Shown one piece after another: positions 54,362 to 64,000 of a stretch of DNA of 64,000 bases. The stretch's first letter is position 1. Every line of letters begins with the position of its first letter. Where the stretch lies: contig OZ024751.1 of NCBI GenBank assembly GCA_964016885.1, positions 17,732,001 through 17,796,000 on the forward strand, in the 5' to 3' direction. The notes below the pieces were generated by a model. It was not told the DNA's origin, made no database searches, and was given only the letters and a program-made list of their open reading frames with translations. Made by a program: the position numbers and the translations under genes. Source of the DNA: Eledone cirrhosa. Lineage: Eukaryota.

Positions 54362-54669
54362 CACAAAAGAGTGTGCGTGTGCATGTGCATTTATGTGGGC
54401 ACATGTATCAGTGTGTGCAGGTATGTTGGAATATGTGTGTTGCGGGTGCTTGATGTTACATGTGTGTTGCTATGCCTCTGTGTTTATATTTAAACCTAGA
54501 GATATAGGTATCTAACTGTGAACAAATACCAGAAGATATTTGATATTTATACATTATGAATAAAATATTAGCCTATAATTCATGATGGTGAGTATGATAA
54601 TATACAGAACGAGACATGAATACCAATTATACAAGGTTAGAGCTGATTTTTCCGCTGGTATGCAGTTTG

Positions 54670-54740
<71 letters not shown>

Positions 54741-55066
54741 TATGCGTATGAATACATATAAATATGCATATACATGCCTGAACATGTATATATATGTATG
54801 TTTGTGCAAAGATATATATACATGCTTATACATTTATATATATATATACAAGTACATATATATGTATACAAATATATATACATGCAGACACACATACATA
54901 TATATACAAATATATATGTATATATGTATATGAATATATATATATATATATATATGCATATATATATATGCATATATATATATATACATCTGTATATATA
55001 TATATTACATATATACACGTACACACACACACATACATACATACCTACACACACACACACACACAT

Positions 55067-55111
<45 letters not shown>

Positions 55112-55381
55112 AATGCGTTTTATCTTCAAATACGATTAGTCCTTATACCCATTGATGTATATACACTCACTCACACGCACGTACATGTACACGCGTATAT
55201 AAATATATATAACTATATATAACTTTGCATATATATGTGTATGTGTGTGTATGTGTGTGTGTGTGTTTTGAGTGTGCATGCGTGTGTATGTGTTTAAACA
55301 AATTTACTAATAGATTTGATATGTTGCCGGCAGTCGTGTTCTCCGGCAGCAGTGTAATACAATATATACAATATATATACA

Positions 55382-55445
<64 letters not shown>

Positions 55446-55658
55446 TATATACATATACATGCATATATATATATATACATATACATGTATATATATATAT
55501 ATACATATATGTACATATACATATATACATGCATATATATATATATATATGTATACATATACATATACATATATGCATGCATATATATATATATACATAC
55601 ACGTATATATATATACATATACCTACATATATTCATATACATATACATACATATATAC

Positions 55659-55731
<73 letters not shown>

Positions 55732-55830
55732 TTCATATACATATACATACATATGTGCATATATATATATACATATATATACATATACTTATATATATAC
55801 ACATATATATATGTACATTTATACATGTGC

Positions 55831-55891
<61 letters not shown>

Positions 55892-56115
55892 TACATACAC
55901 ACACACAGTATATGGAGTGTACACATTGTACATTGCTCAGTGGCGATAACTCCTCTATAATTGCAATGTAACGTGTAGACATCAACCAGGTTTCAACATT
56001 CTGAGCAGGTCGCAGCTAAAGCCTGTTCTTGAGGGCAACTGTTTCAAAACCAATTGCGTCCATCCTGATGTTGGCGCCTGTCCATTCTTTCATATCTTGG
56101 GAGATAGCAGGATAA

Positions 56116-56220
<105 letters not shown>

Positions 56221-56255
56221 GAGAGAGAGAGAATTAGATATATACTTTATGTATA

Positions 56256-56360
<105 letters not shown>

Positions 56361-58350
56361 ATGAAAAGCTTCGTGGGGAAATTGAGATATAATAAAGTAT
56401 AGATAGCTGTATAAATTTACAGACTTGTTAGATAGATAAATTGATATGCAGTGGTGTTATAAAGTATTTGTTGTGGTATATCCATCATTATATATTTAGC
56501 TTTTGTCAAGAAAATATATTAAAGCTTCAGTTTAAATGGTTGAGAATAAATAATTCAATCCATAAAGATATAACTAGTAGATAACTTATTGGTGTATGTC
56601 CTGAATGTTGTTTTTTTACCGACCTTAAATAAATCTGATTTTGCGGATTATATATCGGTCTCAGTACGTCACTAGTATTTTATTTTATCGACCTCGAATG
56701 GATGAATGACAAGGTTGACATCGGCTGGATGTGGACTCATGAATGGTATGAAGTAAGAATACAGGATGCAAGAAGATTAGATAAACAGAAAGTACAAATT
56801 CAGATATAGAGATATAGAAAGAAAGAAAGGTGAACGGGATAAAGAAATCGAAATCATGAAGAAACTAAAATTTGATGAGTAAGATAGTAGAGGTGGAAGA
56901 AAGAAAGATCATGGCAACGAACATAAGAGAACAAAAAAAAGTGAGTGAGTGAGAGAGAAAGAAAGAGAAAGATGTTAAAATATTGGATCATCAGATATAA
57001 TATTTGTAGAAATGTCTTTTTTTTTTCTTCAAATTTCATACTTGACGACCCAATATTTATGCAGAGGAAGACAAGAATAGTTGAATGCGAAAAGTATTAA
57101 GAAAGATAAAGTTAAACGAGACGAGATGGAGAAATATATATATATAGAGAGAGAGAGAGTGAGAGAGTGAGAGAGAGTGAGAGAGAGTGAGAGAGAGAGT
57201 GAGAGATAGAGAGAGAGAGAGCAAGAAAGAAAGTATCAGGCATTCAGAAGATCCCGTTAAGGGTGAAAGCAGCGATTCTTTGCTTAAACTTTAATCTGTT
57301 ATTTTAATAAATATATATATATATATATATATATACAAACAGTTATGAAACGAAAGGAGCTGTGTGGTTACTAAAAACAAGGTTTAGGATGGTGATTAGG
57401 ACGGAACAGGAGGAGAAAGGAAGAAAAGAGTTTCCATCGTCAGCTGTAAATGCTTCCCGAACCGATGTTTCGGCGCTGAATTACAGGACATCGGTGTAAT
57501 TCGGGTGCGCCCGAGACCTTTTATTAATAAAAAGGCCAGGTGGAAAAGGAGAGAGAAAGAGAGAACAAAAGGCGAGAGAAAAAGAAAGAGAGGGAAAGGA
57601 GGAAGAACAGGGGGGGGAGGAGAGAGTAAGAGGGGGAAATAGGAAAGGAATAGAGGAAAAAAAGTGTACATATCCCATCGTGGGAAGACACAGGTGAAAG
57701 AAGCATGCAAAAAATGTAACCGTGGAAAAATAGGGAAAGTAAGTTGTGGCCAACCAGGGAGACTTTAGTCTGGTGGTCAGCTACGATTCAGAGCTGGTAT
57801 AATTGTGATGCCTCTCACATAGAGAGGAGAAAGTGAGAGAGAGACACGGGCAACCAAAAGTGAGGAAGAGAAGGGAAAGAGAGATAATCCAGAAGGGTTT
57901 TTTTACGACGGTGGTAAAAAAGAGTGGAACTTAGTAAAGTCGATGTTGCGGTGCTCGGTCAGCATCCACTAAAGAAACAATATTCGGAAGCTTTGCACGA
58001 AGCACTCAATAAGAAGATATCGATAAATCGATAAGTTACATCATAGAGTAATAAACATACGTTAAATGGCGTGACAAATTGAAAACTGTGGTTAAAGGGA
58101 CAAAGCCACAGAAGCCACCACAACAACGAAAATACAATCAGGTTAAATAACAAATATATCGACAGACGATCGCTTAACAAGTTGGTCTTTCTAATTGCTA
58201 ATACTATCTGTCGGCCGCAAATCCAGTCAGAAGGAACAACATGAAATGATGTGTCTTGCTCAAGGATATAACGCATCGATTAGTCTGGGAATGGAAATCA
58301 CAACCTCACGATTACGAATCCAATTCTCTAACCACTCAGACACACGCCTT

Positions 58351-58401
<51 letters not shown>

Positions 58402-58442
58402 GAAGGAGTAACCATTCGTCCTTGTATTATCATATTACACTC

Positions 58443-58514
58443 TCCTCGGTAGTATAGTGGTAAGTATCCCCGCCTGTCACGCGGGAGACCGGGGTTCGAT
58501 TCCCCGCCGAGGAG
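58443..58514 (+). tRNA. tRNA-Asp-GTC: tRNA-Asp (GTC)
   Basis: 72 nt; acceptor TCCTCGG/CCGAGGA plus G discriminator; anticodon stem CCCGC/GCGGG with GTC at 58476-58478; T arm CGGGG-TTCGATT-CCCCG; no encoded CCA. Confidence 0.95.
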
Positions 58515-58532
58515 GTGTAAATCATCAATAAG

Positions 58533-58698
58533 GGCGGGGGATTGGCAGTATCGGTAGAGGATCGGACACCATGCTTTCCAGCATAGTTACGTCCCTTTAC
58601 AGTCTGAGTTCAAATCCCGCCGAAGTTAACTTTGCCTTTTATCCTTACGGGGTCGATAAAATAAAGTACCAGTAATGCCAAAAGTAGAAGCAATTATT
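58533..58698 (+). mobile_element. Major-family SINE 18 nt downstream of tRNA-Asp
   Basis: Matches the 11138-11324 type with a small 3' deletion. Confidence 0.9.
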
Positions 58699-59020
58699 AT
58701 ATTACACTCTGTCTAGCTCTACACCTCGATATTGACGTGAACATCGAGTGCTCACCCGGGTGAACCTACAGTAACTCCGCGTAACACTGCAGTGATATAT
58801 ATATACTCCATCTCAACTCTACTTTTGAAAAGCAGAAGAACTGCGAAACCGTAAAGGAACCAAATAAATATATATATTTAAAAAAAAAAAAAAAAAAAAT
58901 AAGACTCCAGTTGCATTTTCGATTTCATCTCTTTTTCTTTATACTTTCACTCGTGTAGGACACCTCGGTTATTTTTCAATTTGTAAAAAAAACCTCACTT
59001 TCTAATATATATATATATAA

Positions 59021-59276
59021 ATGAAGTAATTCCGTCCGAAAAGTCCAGGAAAAAAGAATGCTCTATGTAGGTAACAGAGCTTAATAGTTATGTAATAAAC
59101 AACATAAGGCAATTAATCCATTTACCAGTGGTTTCTTAAAAGCCAAAAATTTTGCTTTCAATCCTCAGAATGAGGACCAGGATTTTTTCATTCTGAGGAT
59201 TGAAAGCAAAATTTTTTGCTTTTAAGAAACCACTGGTAAATGGAATAATTGCCTTATGTTGTTTATTACATAACTA
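59021..59276. mobile_element. Palindromic HHR-family B element (arms 59085-59276, minus-strand tail to 59021)
   Basis: ~89-bp near-perfect arms; (TA)n both sides. Confidence 0.85.
59181..59250 (+). ncRNA. Type I hammerhead ribozyme motif, intact (GUA triplet)
   Basis: Stem I GATTTTTTCATT/AATGGAATAATT (11 of 12 paired); CTGAGGA 59193-59199; 11-bp stem II TTGAAAGCAAA/TTTGCTTTTAA; GAAA-CC-ACT-GG-TA, predicted cleavage after 59238; mirror copy with intact core at 59111-59173 (minus). Confidence 0.85.
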
Positions 59277-59277
59277 C

Positions 59278-59309
<32 letters not shown>

Positions 59310-60175
59310 GTATGTATATATATGTCTGAAACTTTCTTTCTTTACATATATACGCGTGTATGTGTGTGCGTGGATATAGAAGAATAGGCAGATAGCTAGA
59401 TACATAAGAGAGATAAAAGTGAGATGGAGAAAATATAAAAACAGATATTAAAAGAATGACAAGCCACACACACAGAGAGACACAGACGGAGAATAAAAGT
59501 AAAGAACCGAAATGAAGAATGAACGATAGTGAAAGTAAATTAAAAACATAAAGAAAGTATAAAGTCAAAGAGAAAGAAAACATGGCCGGGACATTAATTG
59601 ATAATTCCCTGAGGACTCGAGATCCGTGGCTTCTTCAGCAGAATGCCTCCAGTGTCTTTTCATTGGTCAATACAAATGACAACGTCCCAGGAAGAATATG
59701 ATTTCATTTGTGACTTGATATGATTTAAAAGAGAATAACAAACTGGAGAATAGAAAAAGACCCCCCCCCCCCCCCCTCAACAAAAAAATAAATAAAATAA
59801 ATAAAACAACGGGTACAAAATAATATAAAATAAATATAAGACAAAATATTAAAAAAATAACAACTAAATAAACCAAAAGAAAATAGATAAAAAGATAAAA
59901 AAATAAAATAAAAATAAAAAGTAATGTAAGAATGGTAGAGTATAAAAAGCATCCAATGGAGCAATCGTCTGACCCCTCGGGGGACCGATAGTGTTAATAC
60001 AGGTACATACAACAGCCAGTACGATTCGATTAAATATGGCGATTACCTATGATTTCTATCCACTTGCGTATATATATATATATATATATACACATACATA
60101 TAGACATACACAGACACACACAATCACACACACACACACACTCTGTATATATGAAGATAATTTTTTACATATACA

Positions 60176-60230
<55 letters not shown>

Positions 60231-60251
60231 GTGTATATATATATATACGTG

Positions 60252-60360
<109 letters not shown>

Positions 60361-62339
60361 ATATATATGTACATATATATATATATATTCTTTGCCGCTT
60401 ACCGAGTTAGCGTTTTACTTCCTGTATTTGCAGCCATTGCGCTGCCTTGCCTTTACATTGATCACCCTCGGGCTACTGAAGGCGTGTATACAGTGCAACA
60501 ACTTCGTCGTTCCTCGGGGAGTGTGCTCTGCTCAACATTTCTCTATTTGAGAAAATCATATTGAATTACCTCAATAGTTAAGGAAGAGGTTTTTCCATGC
60601 AGCCATTGTCGTAGAATATATATGATTCTCCTACTCAAGTACCTTTCATTGTTGTTATAGCTTTCTCACACGTAGCCACTCGCCTCTACCACCGCACCTT
60701 GCGTCTACTGTATCATTACCCCACGTTCTCACCTCCCTGCCGTCACAGCTTCTCAAAGTTTCTATTTCTTACTTACTTTATATCCACTGTAGAAGCTTTG
60801 GTTCCAACAACGTCCTCACCGCCGACAAAACTACTGAATTATTCACCTACCCCCCGCCACCACAATGTCCCAACATCACCACTCATACCACCACTACCAT
60901 CGAATCGTCACCAGCATCATCACTATCAACACAATTATCATTAATACCATCACTAACAACAACAAATTCTATCATATCACTACCATTATCACCACCACCA
61001 CTACCACCACTATTATTCCATTTATCATCACCAACATTCCCGGCACCTCAACCACCACCACCACCACCACCACAACAACAACTTCTACCACTATTATTCC
61101 ATCTATCAGCAACAACATCCCCGGCAACTAAAACCACCACCGCCACCACCACCTATACACCACTATCTAAACAATTACTACGAACACGGCTAATAACATC
61201 ATTATAATTATTATTATTAAATTATATACGTACTACCACCGTATACCCCGCACAATTATTCCTAACAATCGCACGAGTCCCCTCTTACGTTTCCCACAAA
61301 CACCATTACCAAAACCACCACAATCGCCACCACCACCACCAATTACAATACAGCAATCATTATTACCAAATTACATCTTTATAATCACCACCGCCTTCTC
61401 CACCAATATAACCACAACATTGCTTATCTTACTCCCACCTACTACATTACCATTTTTAACATCCCTTTAGGTTCTCAGTTCAAATCCCATCGATGCCAAT
61501 TTTGTCTTTCATCCTTCTCCTATCGATAAAATTAAATTCTGATTTGATCAATTACACCCTCCATCTAAAGTCCATGTCCTTGGGCTCACTATAGAAGTCC
61601 TTAATACTACCTGACAAGGGAGCAAACGATTAAATTGCAGTCTTCAACCCTTCTTTGACTTTCTGAGATCAAATGACACCGAGATCGATTTTACATTTCA
61701 AACCTGGTTAAGCCCATCTCGGGGTCTGAATATTGTAAATTTCTTCCAAAGAAGGCGAAAGATGTATATATATATATATATATAAGTGATAAAGAAATAT
61801 CGATGAAAAATGTTCCCCAATATTAGACTAGCACGTTTTTTTTTTTTTTTTTTTTCTTGTTGACCTCGGAATGATAAAAGGCAAAGTTGACCTCGTTGAG
61901 CTTAGAATTATAAGATTCAGAACAAGTAACGCAATGGTATTTTATTCAAGGCTTTGTCAATTCTGCCAATACACCACCTTTTAGAGAAGGGAAATAATAG
62001 AACAATGGTGGGAGGTAAAAAAGCAAACAGACATGAATAAGAATTTTATAGGGAGAAACACGCTGCTCAGTAAATAAATGTATATTGATAAAAATGTTAC
62101 AAAGACATTAAAATCAACGGAGAAAACGAAATATGGATAGCAAGTTAAATGACACAAACATAAAAAAATAAACGAACGAGAAAACGAAAATAATTTCATC
62201 GAATCCAATTGAAAGATGGATGACAAAATTCATCAGGATATGTCCAAATTAAAATGCCATCATAAAATAATAGTGAAGTAATGGGTCGATTTAATCGACT
62301 TTCCTACTGTCTCAAATTGTTGGCCAGAGTAGATAGGTT

Positions 62340-62713
62340 AATGAACAGATTGTTTATATTGAAAATGAAAAGGGCATGTAATGCCCAATGCTATTTCATA
62401 AATTTTCTAGAAACCATTAATGGAATCGGAAATGTTTTTGTCCACAGCAATGCGAGGGGACTAACTAGTGTGTGCTGCAAATTTCGAAGAAATCGGCTAG
62501 ATTATCTTTAAGTTACGCCTAAAAAAAGGTCTAAAAATGACTAAAAAATGTGGTTTTTCGCTTAGGGCAGAAAAGATGAACATTGTTTTAGCCTATTGCA
62601 CTTCAAGAAATATAAGTGACGCATGTGTAAAGTTTGAAAAAAAATCGGTCGGGTACTTCTCGAGTTTTAGGGATTTACACAGACAGACATACATCCTCTG
62701 TTTTATATATAGA
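62340..62713 (-). mobile_element. Non-autonomous Helitron 5' portion
   Basis: Minus strand TCTATATATAAAACAGAGGATGTATGTCTGTCTG..AACTCGAGAAGTACCCGACCGATTT, homologous to 18983-19100; left boundary approximate. Confidence 0.65.
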
Positions 62714-62735
62714 GAGATGTGTGAGAGAGAGTGAG

Positions 62736-62928
62736 ACCGGTTTCAATCGTGGGTAATCACAGTTACTAACGTACTCAATACATTAGTAGAGTCTAAACAG
62801 CAATTTAGTCCTGCTGAAGCAATTTCTATATTAAACTTTATATATATATATATATCAAATTTAATATAGAAATTTCTTCTGCAGGACTAAACTTGCTGTT
62901 TACACTCTACTAATATTTTGAGTACTTC
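62736..62928. mobile_element. Rearranged HHR-family D remnant forming an inverted repeat around (TA)n
   Basis: 62771-62835 is an imperfect reverse complement of 62860-62925; shares TAGTCCTG..TTCTATATTAAA and GTACTCAATACA with 23702-23902 and 35362-35497. Confidence 0.6.
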
Positions 62929-62939
62929 ATATACGTGTG

Positions 62940-63014
<75 letters not shown>

Positions 63015-63556
63015 GCAATAAACTGAAAGGATCGTTAGACTATAAGATTACATGTTCCGTTCAAGTACTTTTCGGTTTGAGTTAAGATCTGCTGAGATCA
63101 ACTTTATTTTTCATTATTTCTGGATCAACAATGACGGTAGGTTGACAGTATCAGTAGAGCGTCGGACACCATCCTTTGCAGCATAGTTACGCCCATTTAT
63201 GATCTGAGTTCAAATCCCGCCGAGGTCAACTTTGCCTTTCATTCTTACGGGGTCGATAAAATAAAGCACCATTAATGCACTGGGTTCGATTTAATCGACT
63301 TTGCCCTCCCTCAGAATGGCTGGCCTTGTGCCTATGTCCGAAACCATTATTTCTAGGTCAATAAATAAAGGACATATGCATGTTCGGTAGAATAACAAGC
63401 ATGATAGGCGATAACTAAAGTCCTTGGGCTAATTCAGCATGTTGTTTGACTTCTGTCATTGGAAAAGCAGTATCGTCTCCATCCTCAATTGCTACCAAGC
63501 AATAGAAGGACCAATGAGGAAGCACTTTTCTTATATATATATATATATATATATAA

Positions 63557-63749
63557 AACGAAGGAAATGTGGTAAGGAACCAGATGGACCATAACGCACC
63601 AAAGTACTCAATACTTAGGGTAGTAGAGTTGGTAATAGGAACGAGTGGGACTCCGACTGTTGAGCTCAAGCCGTTTCGACACCTTTTTAGTCCAGAATTA
63701 GCTGTCGAAACGGCTTGAGCTCAGCCGTCGGGGTTCCACTCGTTCCTAT
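63557..63749. mobile_element. Palindromic HHR-family C element
   Basis: Arms 63635-63681 / 63703-63749; GAAA-CGGCT-TGAGCTC-AGCCG-TC (63707-63729); minus-strand tail to 63557; (TA)n both sides. Confidence 0.8.
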
Positions 63750-63770
63750 ATATATATACACGACCGTGAC

Positions 63771-64000
63771 CTCTGGCGTCACGCAGTAATACAGAGTACT
63801 CGACCTCCCATGGGTACAAGCTGAAGCATATAGACAATATGCCCCCACACCCTCCCACTGCAAAGTGGTCGTGGAGGTGCCACGGCAAAAAAGCACACAG
63901 CCCACACTGTAAAGTGGACGTGTAGGCGCCACGAAAAAGCACCCAGCACTCACTGTAAATGAGGTTGGTGTTAGGAACGGCATCCAGCTGTAGAAATCAA
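63771..64000 (+). mobile_element. RTE-related repeat fragments
   Basis: DRDLWRHAV-type LINE C-terminus followed by duplicated GGYGCCACG..AAAAAGCAC..CACTGTAAA units and GTTAGGAACGGCATCCAGC; recognition from memory. Confidence 0.45.

Noticed and set aside
57430-57480. Type II-order HHR words on the minus strand (GAAAC..GTT..CTGACGA)
   Set aside because: Stems I and II do not pair and the triplet is poor; the adjacent hairpins remain unexplained

Overview
Gene-poor, AT-rich eukaryotic DNA dominated by (TA)n/(CA)n/(GA)n/(TACA)n microsatellites and short interspersed repeats. The SINE repertoire resembles that of octopus/coleoid cephalopods (recognition from memory, not a search). No protein-coding gene can be supported, and nearly all listed ORFs are microsatellite artefacts. 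Supported content: one intact tRNA-Asp(GTC); more than 20 copies of a tRNA-derived SINE; CORE-type SINEs; RTE/RTE-X LINE fragments (one twin-primed inversion, one internally deleted element with a C2H2 finger); non-autonomous Helitrons; hAT and Tc1/mariner MITEs; minisatellites. Main signal: more than 15 short (150-450 bp) non-coding islands, mostly in or next to (TA)n tracts and many of them long head-to-head palindromes, carry type I hammerhead ribozyme (HHR) motifs. They fall into at least four families (AUA, GUA and two GUC cleavage triplets) that share a downstream ACTC...GAG(T/C)RC hairpin, and look like Penelope-like/retrozyme-type non-autonomous retroelements. Second signal: the tRNA-Asp and the SINE behind it are flanked by one target-site duplication, i.e. 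a retroposed tRNA-SINE chimera. All ribozyme calls are by-eye folds; none is tested.
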